Of a DNA stretch of 64,000 nt, positions 29,819-39,422 are shown in pieces. The number at the start of each line of letters is the position of its first letter. Positions within the stretch are counted from its first letter, which is position 1. The notes under the pieces are model-generated. The model was not told where the DNA came from, did not search any database, and worked only from the letters and a program-made list of their open reading frames with translations. The translations under genes were made by a program, and so were the position numbers. Source of the DNA: an uncultured delta proteobacterium (lineage in GTDB: Bacteria > Desulfobacterota > Binatia > UBA9968); NCBI GenBank assembly GCA_963771465.1, contig CAVYTU010000017.1, positions 864,001 to 928,000 of the forward strand. The letters are read 5' to 3'.

Positions 29819-30970
29819 ATGTCGGAGATTATTTCGGCCGATTGTCATTTGGATTTTTGGTATTTACCTGGCGATCTATTTTATTCGGAGGCGCCGGCGT
29901 CATGGAAAGAGCGCATGCCGCGAGTACAGAACACCGATAGCGGCCGCGCTTGGGTGCATAACGGCAAGATCATTCGCTACGTCGGCGACGTTGGGCTTGG
30001 CCGAGAAAACGTGCGGCACGACCGGGTGACGATGTCGGTGCGTCTGCGGCGCAAGGCGCGCACGGGAATTTATTCAGACGCGGCCAATGGAGTCTTTCGT
30101 CCAGCGTCGCCGGAGCTGCGACTCAAGGATATGGAGTTGGACGGTGTCGGCGCGGAAGTCATTTACGGTATTTTGGGACTGAGCCGGCGCTTGCAAGACG
30201 GCGAAGCGATGGGCGTGATCTTTCGCATCTACAACGACTTCGTGATGCAGTTTCGCAAGTACGATCCGGACCGGTTGGCGCCGCTCGCCTGTTTGCCAAA
30301 CCACGACCCAAAGGCAGCGGCTGAAGAGTTACGGCGAGTCGCCAAGCTCGGCCTTACCGGCGCGGAGTTGATCGCGTCCGATTCGGTGCGGCCGATTTGG
30401 GATCGCGATTGGGATCCGGTATGGGAAGCAGCCGATGACACCGGCATTCCAATCTCATTTCACAATCAGGGACAAGATGTTCGTCCCCTCAATGCCAACG
30501 ATCCGCATGCCGAAGAGAACGCTAAAGTGCGCAATGCCGTCCGACAAGCGGTGTCGCGTTTCGGTTCGGCGCAATTTCTCGCCTCGATTATTTACTCCGG
30601 CGCATTTGACCGCTATCCCAGTTTTCGCTTTGTCCTCGGCGAGTCGAGCATCGGCTGGATTCCCTATTTCCTGCAGCGCATGGATTACGAGTACGAGGAA
30701 GAGGAATCGTTTCATCTGCGACTCCGGCTTAAGCCGAGCGATTATTTTCGCGTCAACGGCTTCGTCACCTATGAACGCGATGCCGTCGGCGCGCGCTTGA
30801 TGGATTTATTGGGGGAGGACAATGTGATGTGGGGCTCGGATTATCCTCATCCCGACGGCACCTGGCCCGATTCACAGCGCTTCCTGGATCAAGAGCTCGC
30901 ATGCTTGTCCGACAGAGTTCGGCGCAAAGTTACCCACGATAACGCGGCGAAACTTTACAAACTTAAATAG
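29819..30970 (+). CDS. amidohydrolase_2 family protein
   Basis: ISADCH, ISFH, GAFDRYP, MWGSDYPH. Confidence 0.92.
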   Translation: MSEIISADCHLDFWYLPGDLFYSEAPASWKERMPRVQNTDSGRAWVHNGKIIRYVGDVGLGRENVRHDRVTMSVRLRRKARTGIYSDAANGVFRPASPELRLKDMELDGVGAEVIYGILGLSRRLQDGEAMGVIFRIYNDFVMQFRKYDPDRLAPLACLPNHDPKAAAEELRRVAKLGLTGAELIASDSVRPIWDRDWDPVWEAADDTGIPISFHNQGQDVRPLNANDPHAEENAKVRNAVRQAVSRFGSAQFLASIIYSGAFDRYPSFRFVLGESSIGWIPYFLQRMDYEYEEEESFHLRLRLKPSDYFRVNGFVTYERDAVGARLMDLLGEDNVMWGSDYPHPDGTWPDSQRFLDQELACLSDRVRRKVTHDNAAKLYKLK

Positions 30971-30995
30971 TCGACAGTGGTTAAGAAAGATTCCG

Positions 30996-32378
30996 ATGGC
31001 AACCTGTACTGAAGCGCTCGCTGGCTTTGCCCTGGGGGAAAAATTCGAAAACCTACCGCCAAGCGTGGTTGAAAAAAGCAAGCTGCTGATCTTGGACGGC
31101 GTCGGTTTGGCGTTGGCTGCGGCGCGCGAAGACTTCGCGCTCAAGACGATCAGAGCGCTGCGGCTATTGGGTCAGGGGACGGATGCGACGGTGATCGGCG
31201 CTGAGGAGAAAGTCCCGGTGAGCAGCGCGCCGTTGCTCAACGGTATGTTGATTCATGCTTTCGATTTCGACGACACACATCATCCGCTGGTGATTCACAA
31301 TACGTCAGTGGTGATGCCGGCGGCGTTGGCGGTTTCCGAATGGCTGGGGTTGAGCGGTAAAGAATTTATTACCGCCTGCGCCGTCGGCTTCGAAGTCTCG
31401 CTACGCGTTGCCCGCGGCACGCGGGTTCATGCGATCCACGGCCGCGGTTATCATCCGACGGCAATCTGCGGCGTGTTCGGCGGCGCCGCGGCGGCCGGCC
31501 GGCTGTTGGGTCTAAAATATCAGCAACTCACCAATGCGTTTGGCCTGGCAGGGAGTCAAGGTTCGGGCAACATGGAGTGGCAATCCGACGGCAGTTGGTC
31601 CAAACGCTTTCAGCCCGGTTGGTCATCCCACGGCGCAGTCGTCGGCGCTTTGTTGGCGCGCGAAGGTTTTACCGCGCCCACCACAGCGCTGGAGGGATCC
31701 AAAGGTTTTTACGCGACCCACGTAGGCGAGGGGAATTTTAGCGTTCAATCCGCGCTTGATGGAATGGGCCAAGATTGGGAGCTCAACCGGGTGGAGTTCA
31801 AACCGTATCCGTGCGCCGGCGCGCTGCAAGCGACCGTGCGCGCCTGTGTCAATCTCCACAACCGTTTGCATTTTAATGCCGACGATATCGCTGACGTCGA
31901 ATGCCGCGTGCGCATGGGCGATCGACCGGCCGAGCAGGGCGGCGAGCAAGTCTTTTCGCAACATTCGCCGCAGGGCGATTACGGCGCGCATTTCTCAACG
32001 CCCTTTATCGCCGCGGTGGCACTATTGAAAGGACGGCTTGCCTTGGCGGATTTTGACGGCGACGCATTAAAAGATCCCGAGGTATTGAAGCTGTCGGCAA
32101 AGACCAGGCGGGAAGACGACCCCAACCACGGCCGGCCCAAATACGCCTCCGGCCACGTCTTCGTGAAGACCAAAGACGGCAAGGTTTACGAAGAACGCCA
32201 GCACATCCATCCGGGCCACGTGGAAAATCCGGTGTCGGCCGCGGACGTTCAAGAAAAATACCGTTACAACGCATTGCGTCAGGTGAGTCAGGATAAGACC
32301 GAGGCACTGATGCGCCAGGTCATGACGATCGAGCAAGTCGCCGACATGCGCGAGCTGACTGAGCAGTTGCGGTTCTAA
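30996..32378 (+). CDS. MmgE/PrpD family protein
   Basis: NGMLIHAFDFDDTH, RGYHPT, SKRFQPGW, FKPYPC, PGHVENP. Confidence 0.92.
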   Translation: MATCTEALAGFALGEKFENLPPSVVEKSKLLILDGVGLALAAAREDFALKTIRALRLLGQGTDATVIGAEEKVPVSSAPLLNGMLIHAFDFDDTHHPLVIHNTSVVMPAALAVSEWLGLSGKEFITACAVGFEVSLRVARGTRVHAIHGRGYHPTAICGVFGGAAAAGRLLGLKYQQLTNAFGLAGSQGSGNMEWQSDGSWSKRFQPGWSSHGAVVGALLAREGFTAPTTALEGSKGFYATHVGEGNFSVQSALDGMGQDWELNRVEFKPYPCAGALQATVRACVNLHNRLHFNADDIADVECRVRMGDRPAEQGGEQVFSQHSPQGDYGAHFSTPFIAAVALLKGRLALADFDGDALKDPEVLKLSAKTRREDDPNHGRPKYASGHVFVKTKDGKVYEERQHIHPGHVENPVSAADVQEKYRYNALRQVSQDKTEALMRQVMTIEQVADMRELTEQLRF

Positions 32379-32498
32379 TCTAAAGCAGCAGCCAAAGAGG
32401 CGCACCAACCATAAGCGGGGTTAAGTCCGGCGGATGCGCTCAATCTCTCGCGCCGGTCTCAAGAACGTGGCCGGCTGTCGAGTCGTGACGACACTGAA

Positions 32499-33608
32499 TT
32501 ACCAGCTGGCGTGCATGACTTGCGAGATTCGCCGACGGGTATCAGGGTCATCCTTGCCGAGTTGATGGAGCTGCTGGCGGCAAATGCACTGACAAAATGC
32601 GATGGCCGCCTGGCAGACGATCATGTTTTTGCCATTCATCGTTCGGTGTCCGGTCAAACGGCCCTGGCGGAGAAAAACGGTTTCTTCGGGGTGATAAATC
32701 AAATCGTAGAAGCGAGTGTGCTGGGGAATGGTTTGCACTAGCGATTCTGATTCGCGGTTATTTGCGGCGATATCGGTTTCGGCAAGTGCCCGCCATTGCT
32801 GCTCGAAATTCGTATTTAGCCCAAGGGACAGAGCCGGTGGATTGGCCGATGCCAAAGCAGAGTAAGGCTCCAGTATCGTCGCCATGCCGTTGGCAAGCTT
32901 GCGCACGCCGCCTTGACCTTTGGTCGTGCTGTTGACGATCAAACCGACTTGCGGCGCCCATTTTGGGATTTCCGATTCATCTATCGCGACCGCCTGACGG
33001 CCGAGCTTAGCGATTTCGCTGGCGAGAGATTCGGCGTGCTCGCGGGTACGGTTGGCGATGATCAGGTTTCCTTTGCCGATGTGATCGCTCATGTGAAACG
33101 CTACTGCGCGCGCGGAACCGCCGGCGCCGAGGAGCAGAACGTTCATACCGTCGAGGGAAGTTACGAAGGCTTCCCCCTGTCCCGGCGCCACCAGCAGCAA
33201 ACTATCGATGAAGCCCGCGCCGTCGGTGTTGTAGCCGATGAGTTTGCCGTCTGGATTCTTTACGATCGTGTTGGCCGCGTGGATTCTCTGTGCGGCCGAA
33301 TCGAGCTCGTCGAGAAACTCGATTACGCGCAGCTTATGCGGTACGGTGACGTTGATGCCCAGGAAGCGATCGGATCGCCGCAGGGTCTGCAGCAGTTCGC
33401 CGACCCGCGCGTCGGCGACATCCAATGGCACGTAAATGGCGTTCATCGCCAGATGATCAAAAGTGGCATTCCACAATGCGGGGCTTTTCGAATATTGCGA
33501 CGGGCTGTCGCCAATGACGCCGGCGATGAGTTTGTCGCCGATGGCGTTTTCATCCAGCGAATTGGCAATCAATGATCGCAGCGCGGCGATATCTTTGGCT
33601 AGAGGCAT
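32499..33608 (-). CDS. aroE: shikimate dehydrogenase
   Basis: SKSP, GINVTVPHK, NT...GYNTDGAGF, GAGGSAR, NRT, DLIYHP. Confidence 0.88.
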   Translation of the reverse strand: MPLAKDIAALRSLIANSLDENAIGDKLIAGVIGDSPSQYSKSPALWNATFDHLAMNAIYVPLDVADARVGELLQTLRRSDRFLGINVTVPHKLRVIEFLDELDSAAQRIHAANTIVKNPDGKLIGYNTDGAGFIDSLLLVAPGQGEAFVTSLDGMNVLLLGAGGSARAVAFHMSDHIGKGNLIIANRTREHAESLASEIAKLGRQAVAIDESEIPKWAPQVGLIVNSTTKGQGGVRKLANGMATILEPYSALASANPPALSLGLNTNFEQQWRALAETDIAANNRESESLVQTIPQHTRFYDLIYHPEETVFLRQGRLTGHRTMNGKNMIVCQAAIAFCQCICRQQLHQLGKDDPDTRRRISQVMHASW

Positions 33609-33680
33609 GTGGCGACCGTTCCGCTATTGTAGTCGCACGGCACCGTAGTTTTGGCAACTGGAAGCGGCGAGAGTGAGCCG

Positions 33681-35114
33681 CTAGATGGATTTTCTGATGG
33701 CGAGCTTGTTATCGCTAAAAGAGAGAAAGGTCGGGTTGCCGTCGATCACCGTCTCCATGGCGACATCGTAACCCCAGAGCTGTTGCAAATATTTCATTGT
33801 TTTCTCGGCGTAATCCAACTGCAGGTCGCGGCCGTCGTGTTCGTGTTTGAGCAGGAGGGTGCGGTTGTGCTTGTAGTCCGAATCTTCGACTTTGATCACC
33901 GGGATCGAGCCGGTGCCGACATTTTGGATCAGCGTGTCTTTGATCTGGCGCCAATTTTCTTCGTCAGCGACGCGGGTGACGACTTGCTCGTTGCCGCGGG
34001 TATTATATTCGAACAGATTGAGCTCGCGCATTAACTCTTCGGTCAAGTAACGGCGCAAAAACGACGAGTCGCGCTCGACCTCGCGGACTTCGAAAAGCTT
34101 TTCGTTGCCGGCCTTTTTGCGCGGGCCGAACTCTTCGATTTCTTCCTTGCTCGGGTTGTTCCAGCGCTTTTCAATGTCTTCCCAGATTTTCATGCCGACG
34201 TGATAGGGATTCAAACTGCCGGGCGAGGGGCGCAGCACTTGGGTATGGCGCACGATGAATTCCAGATGCAGCCCTTGGGGCAGGTCCAAGGCTTCGAGAA
34301 TGCGCTTGTGCCAAAAGCTCGCCCAGCCTTCGTTCATGATCTTGGTCTCGATTTGCGGCACGAAATACTGGGCTTGCTCGTGCACGATGGTCAGGAGATC
34401 TTTTTCCCATTCGGCGAGCTCAGGGTTGTGATCGCGCACGAAAATCAGCAGATCTTCGTCTGGAAAGAGCGGCACTTTTCTTAAATCGGGATCGACCCGT
34501 TCGGGTCGGCGATGGACCGCGCTGAACGGGTCGACGCTCGGTTTGGCCTCGTCCAGTTTGCGTTGGCGTTCCTCGCTCGGGGTGGGTTTTTTGATTGCAA
34601 GATTGCGCCGGCACTGTAAGGACAAGGCGTGCGCGGCGTCGAGGATCGCTTCCACTTTTTCTAGTCCGATGCTCGGGTCTTCGACATAGTGGCGCACGCG
34701 AGTCGCGTGGCTTTTGAAGGACTCGATGGTGTATTGCGCGCCCGTGGGCCGAAAGGTGAAATTGTTTTTGAAAAAATCGTTGTGGCCGTACACATGGGCG
34801 ATGGTGAGGACCTGCAAGGCCAGCGTGTTGTCGCGCATCAGATAGGCGATGGACGGGTTCGAATTGATCACCATTTCATAGGGCAAGCCGCTGACGCCGT
34901 AATCGTAAAGTGTTTTGAGCTTCTCGAAATTTTTGCCGTAGGACCAGTGCGGATAGTGCGCCGGCATACCTGAGTACACCATGTAGGACAACATGTCTTC
35001 ATGGTCGCAAATCTCAAACTCCTGCGGGTAGGGATCGAGACCGAAGCGTTCGACCAACGTAATGATGCGCTCGTTCCAACGTTCCAAGTCTTCGACGGAG
35101 TAACTGGTTGTCAT
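33681..35114 (-). CDS. SpoVR family protein
   Basis: YPHWSYGK, YEMVINS, AHVYGHNDFF, PQIETKIMNEGWAS, NPY. Confidence 0.95.
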   Translation of the reverse strand: MTTSYSVEDLERWNERIITLVERFGLDPYPQEFEICDHEDMLSYMVYSGMPAHYPHWSYGKNFEKLKTLYDYGVSGLPYEMVINSNPSIAYLMRDNTLALQVLTIAHVYGHNDFFKNNFTFRPTGAQYTIESFKSHATRVRHYVEDPSIGLEKVEAILDAAHALSLQCRRNLAIKKPTPSEERQRKLDEAKPSVDPFSAVHRRPERVDPDLRKVPLFPDEDLLIFVRDHNPELAEWEKDLLTIVHEQAQYFVPQIETKIMNEGWASFWHKRILEALDLPQGLHLEFIVRHTQVLRPSPGSLNPYHVGMKIWEDIEKRWNNPSKEEIEEFGPRKKAGNEKLFEVREVERDSSFLRRYLTEELMRELNLFEYNTRGNEQVVTRVADEENWRQIKDTLIQNVGTGSIPVIKVEDSDYKHNRTLLLKHEHDGRDLQLDYAEKTMKYLQQLWGYDVAMETVIDGNPTFLSFSDNKLAIRKSI

Positions 35115-35124
35115 GGGAGTCGGT

Positions 35125-36306
35125 TTAGGCGGCGTCCTCGCGGGCCCGGTCTTTGCTCAGAAAGGTCTTGAACGATGTCCAGATGTCTTCTTTCTTTTGA
35201 ATCTGTACGGTTTGGAAATTGGCCGCTTGGATCTGCGAGAAAAACTGAATCATGCTGCTGCCGTAATAGCCCGAGCCCAGCGGTTTGATCTCGCCGTAAC
35301 CGAAAAGATTGGCGGTCTTGGTCAACTCCTCGGCGGCTTTGAGCGCCGCCGGGTTGTCCGAGTCGAAATTGTCGCCGTCGGAGCAATGGAAAGCGTAGAC
35401 GTTCCAGAGCGCCGGATGGTAGCGTTGCGCGATGATCTCCAGCGCCTTGACATAACCCGATGAGATGAACGTGCCGCCGGATTCGCCCTTGTGAAAGAAC
35501 TCCTCTTCGGTGACTTCGAAGGCTTCGGTGTGGTGCGCGATGAAAACGATCTCGACGTTTTGATAGCGCGTGCTGATGAATTGATAGAGCAGGAAAAAAA
35601 AGCTCCGCGCCAGGTATTTTTTCACCCGATCCATGGAGCCGGAAGTATCCATGATGCAAAGCACGACGGCGTTGGATTCGTTACGGATATCGCTAACCGC
35701 GTGATGGTAGCGCAGATCGTCTTTGTGAAACGGAAAGCGCCCCGAGGGCAGCATGGCGTGGCGCTTTAACGTCGCCTTCTTCCGCTTGATGCGCGAACGC
35801 GCGGTGCGCTTTTTGTCGAGACGGGCGCGGATGCCTTTGCGGCGAAAGCCTTTTTGCTTGAATAAGCGCTCGACTTCGATTTGGCGCAGCCGCTTGCGCT
35901 CGAGATCGGGCAGCTCCAAGTCCTCAAACATCAAATCGATCAGTTCGTCCAAGGTGACATCGGTCTCGTAATAATCGACGCCCGGTTTGTCGCCCGCCTG
36001 TTGGTTGCCTTTGCCGTCCTTGCCCTCGCCAATGACGTCACCGGGCTTGGGTTCGCCGTCGCCGCCTTGACCGACGCCCGGGGAGTTATCACCGTAGACG
36101 AAGCGATATTCCTTTACCCCACGAATCGGCACTTTGATAATCCGATTCTTGTCTTTACCGATGATCGATTCCTCGGCGATGATATCGGCGATGTTGTCGC
36201 GAATCGCTTCGCGCACTTTTTGCTTGTGGCGCAGCCGGTCGCCGGCAGTGCGATCGCTGCGCTGGCCGGAAGAGGAGTTATAGGGACGAAAAATCGATGA
36301 GATCAT
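35125..36306 (-). CDS. YeaH/YhbH (DUF444) VWA-like protein
   Basis: RHKQKVREAI, MDTSGSM, ESGGT, SDGDN; ATG 36306. Confidence 0.93.
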   Translation of the reverse strand: MISSIFRPYNSSSGQRSDRTAGDRLRHKQKVREAIRDNIADIIAEESIIGKDKNRIIKVPIRGVKEYRFVYGDNSPGVGQGGDGEPKPGDVIGEGKDGKGNQQAGDKPGVDYYETDVTLDELIDLMFEDLELPDLERKRLRQIEVERLFKQKGFRRKGIRARLDKKRTARSRIKRKKATLKRHAMLPSGRFPFHKDDLRYHHAVSDIRNESNAVVLCIMDTSGSMDRVKKYLARSFFFLLYQFISTRYQNVEIVFIAHHTEAFEVTEEEFFHKGESGGTFISSGYVKALEIIAQRYHPALWNVYAFHCSDGDNFDSDNPAALKAAEELTKTANLFGYGEIKPLGSGYYGSSMIQFFSQIQAANFQTVQIQKKEDIWTSFKTFLSKDRAREDAA

Positions 36307-36340
36307 TGACCTACCGCGATGTCCTATTCGGCGCTCGGAA

Positions 36341-38275
36341 TCAATCCTTCCACAGATTATTCGCCGCGTACTTGAGCACCACATCGACGCAGCTCTGGCA
36401 GTAGCCGTGTTCGAGCAGGCTTTTCACCATGGTGTTGTATTTTTCCGATTGCTCTTCGTCGCGCATGCGCGCCTTGGTGATCACCCGGCTTAGATCGCGC
36501 ACCGATGTAACGAGCTTTTTCTCGATCGCTTCTTTCAACGGCTCGTAGCTGCGGTAGTCGATTTTCTCACCGCGCCGGTTGGCCGCCCAGAGATACGCGA
36601 TCACTTCTTGGCGGAAACCGTCGGCGGCGGAGCCGATGATGGCGATCTGTTCTTCGATCGATTTCATGAAGCTTTCATCGGGCGTCAGCTCTTCTTTAGT
36701 GTTGCGGTCCTTGACCTTGCTCTTGTTGATATAGGCTTCGGCATGGTCGAGATAATTCTGAAATAGCCCCTCGGCTTGTTCCTGATAGGAATAAACGAAG
36801 GCGCGCGTGATCTCTTTTTCCAATAGCTCCAAATATTCTTTATGAAGCGTGTCCTGGAGAACTTCCAAAAATTGCTTGCGGGTATCGTCCGGCAGATCGG
36901 CTTCTTTGACCATGTTGATCAGCGCTTCGCGCACGTTGATCGGGTTGATGCAATTACCCTTCATGTTGTCGGAGAGCGCGTTGTCCAGGGCCTTCATAAT
37001 AAAGCGCGTCGAGATGCCCGACATGCCTTCCCGTTTGACGCTTTCGCGAAGCTCCTGAACGTCGACTTTCTTGGTCCGGCCTTTTTCGACCACTTCCTCG
37101 CCGTTATAAAGCTTGAGCTTGGTCATGAGGTCGCACTTGTTGGTCGGCTCCAGGCGCGACAGGATCGCGAACATCGAAGCGACTTCCAAGGTGTGCGGCG
37201 CGACATGGGCGCGGAAGTCCGAGTTGCGGATGATCTTCTGATAAATCTTCACTTCTTCGGATAGGCGCAGGTTGTAGGGCACGCGTACGGCAACGATGCG
37301 GTCGAGGATCGCCTCGTTGGTATGATCGGCTTTGAATTTCTGCCACTCGGCCTCGTTGGAATGGGCGACGATGACCGTGTCGACGTAGACCAAGCCATGG
37401 CGGCCCGGCGCCGGCACGACTTTTTCCTGCGTCGCGGTGATCATACAGTGGAGATACTCGATCTCGTTTTTAAATACTTCGATAAACTCGACGACACCGC
37501 GGTTGCCGACGTTTAACGCGCCATTGAGTTCCAATACTCGCGGGTCGCCTTCTGAATAGAGATCGAGCTTCGAAATATCTTCGCTGCCGATCAGCACGGA
37601 GGTGTCCTGGTTGTTGGGGTCGACCGGCGGCACCACGCCGATACCGACCCGCGCGCGTTTGGAAAACTCCATCGTGCGCACCGGAAACTCTTCGTATTTC
37701 CCGGCGAACTCGTTTTGTAGTCGGTAGCGGCACACTGGGCAGAGGTCGCCTTCGATGTGGACGCCGAGCATTTTCTCAAACTCTTTACGGAGATGGCGCG
37801 GAATCAGATGCAACGGTTCTTCGAACATCGGACAACCGTCGATGGCATAAAACGGATCGCTTTCTTCCAGGCCGCGATGCAACTTTTCGGCCAGCGAGCT
37901 TTTACCCGAGCCGACTGGACCCATCAAGTAAAGCACCTGGCGGCTCTCTTCGCCTTTCAGCGATGCGGCGTGGAAATAGCGCACGATCTGCGAGATGGTT
38001 TTTTCGATGCCGAAGAATTCTTCAGCAAAAAAATCATAAAGTTTTACCGATTCATCTTTATAGAGCCGTTGGACATGGGGATCATGGTTTTCGTGGATGT
38101 CGCGGATGCCAGTTTTGATTAGGGTGTCGTAGAGGCGGGCGTGGGCTAATTTTGTTATCGATGGGTCCGACTTTACTTTATCGAGATAACCGAGCAGATT
38201 GCCGCGCCACGATCGCGCTTGATGCTCGTCGCGGTCTTTCTTGATCAGTTTTTCAAATTCCTTATTATGGTCCAT
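36341..38275 (-). CDS. prkA: PrkA/YeaG family serine kinase / AAA+ ATPase
   Basis: GPVGSGKS, GCPMFEEPL, NRGVVEFIEVFK, GMSGISTRF. Confidence 0.94.
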   Translation of the reverse strand: MDHNKEFEKLIKKDRDEHQARSWRGNLLGYLDKVKSDPSITKLAHARLYDTLIKTGIRDIHENHDPHVQRLYKDESVKLYDFFAEEFFGIEKTISQIVRYFHAASLKGEESRQVLYLMGPVGSGKSSLAEKLHRGLEESDPFYAIDGCPMFEEPLHLIPRHLRKEFEKMLGVHIEGDLCPVCRYRLQNEFAGKYEEFPVRTMEFSKRARVGIGVVPPVDPNNQDTSVLIGSEDISKLDLYSEGDPRVLELNGALNVGNRGVVEFIEVFKNEIEYLHCMITATQEKVVPAPGRHGLVYVDTVIVAHSNEAEWQKFKADHTNEAILDRIVAVRVPYNLRLSEEVKIYQKIIRNSDFRAHVAPHTLEVASMFAILSRLEPTNKCDLMTKLKLYNGEEVVEKGRTKKVDVQELRESVKREGMSGISTRFIMKALDNALSDNMKGNCINPINVREALINMVKEADLPDDTRKQFLEVLQDTLHKEYLELLEKEITRAFVYSYQEQAEGLFQNYLDHAEAYINKSKVKDRNTKEELTPDESFMKSIEEQIAIIGSAADGFRQEVIAYLWAANRRGEKIDYRSYEPLKEAIEKKLVTSVRDLSRVITKARMRDEEQSEKYNTMVKSLLEHGYCQSCVDVVLKYAANNLWKD

Positions 38276-38771
38276 TCCAACAGCCTCCCTTTTTTGTATC
38301 GCTAAAGAAAGTCGTTAATTTGAACGTACTCATGCAGCCAAACCCTGGATGTGTGGGAAATAGCAATGCGCTGTGAGCGATGACGGGGCACCAAGCAGAC
38401 GAAAACACTATGCGTGATTCGTGCATCACCTTGAATAAAATAAGCGGCGAAAAAAGGAGACGATGCCGGTAACGGCGCGAAGGGTTCTCTGGGAGTATGT
38501 TACGGCTCGCACGCGACCTCCTTTTATAATGCGGTCGGCTCGCCAATTGGCATTCTAGTCGTTAGACGACAGCCAAGAACATGATCTTCAGTACACCCGA
38601 TGTTCGACGAGGTTTATTGAAACGTTATTTCGCGTTAAAGTCAAGAATATTCTGGGTTTATCGTCGAGAAAACGATCGTTGATTGCATCGTCCGATGGTT
38701 ATCAAGCGTCGCATCCTCTGTTACAATGATCGACGAACGCGAGCAGCGGTTGAAAATCATTATCGCGGTGA

Positions 38772-39308
38772 GTGTCGATTACTATGACGCAAGAAGCGCT
38801 ACAGATCGAACCGGGGCTGCGATGGTACGCCATCCAAGCCAAAGTCAATCGTGAAAAGGATGTCGAGAGACGCTTTAACGATTTGCACTTGGAGGTATTT
38901 TTGCCGTGGATGCGGGCGCGCCGGCGCATCGGCAGCAAATTTCACTGGGTGATGGTGCCATTGTTTCCCGGTTATGTATTCTCCCGGCTCGATATGGTTC
39001 TGTCCGGAAAAGCCGCGCGTTATTCACCCGGAGTGAAAGACTTTCTAACCTTCGGCAGCCGGGTTGCCGAAGTGTCGGAAGAGATCATTGAAGGCTTGCG
39101 AGAGCGCTGCCCCGGCGGGATTGCCGAGATCGATCCGGTCAAAGCCAAGCCTGGTGATACCGTGCGCATCAATGAAGGTCCATTCTCCGGCCTCGAAGCG
39201 ATTTTCGATGAAAAGCTCAAAGGCAGCGAACGCGTCGCCGTGCTGCTCGAAATTCTCGGGCGCCAGACCCGCATCGTCCTGCCGAGCGAAACCATTGCGA
39301 AGGTGTAG
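38772..39308 (+). CDS. NusG paralog, RfaH/UpxY-like antitermination factor
   Basis: WYAIQAK, PLFPGYVF, KOW motif PGDTVRINEGPFSGLEAIF, RVAVLLEILG. Confidence 0.88.
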   Translation: MSITMTQEALQIEPGLRWYAIQAKVNREKDVERRFNDLHLEVFLPWMRARRRIGSKFHWVMVPLFPGYVFSRLDMVLSGKAARYSPGVKDFLTFGSRVAEVSEEIIEGLRERCPGGIAEIDPVKAKPGDTVRINEGPFSGLEAIFDEKLKGSERVAVLLEILGRQTRIVLPSETIAKV

Positions 39309-39422
39309 TCCAAACCGTGCTGCTTTCCTACGCGTCCCAGGCGCGCTCGACTCATTCCTTGACAGCGTTCGACCAGCCCTGATAAAGCCCCCACATTGAA
39401 TTGAGCTCGTGAGGGGGATCGA

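Noticed and set aside
33681-38275. prkA-yeaH-spoVR as a sporulation or novel system
   Set aside because: A well-known widespread triad in non-sporulating bacteria
38531-38546. sigma54 site upstream of prkA (minus strand TGGCGAGCCGACCGC)
   Set aside because: Spacing fits but both boxes match the consensus poorly
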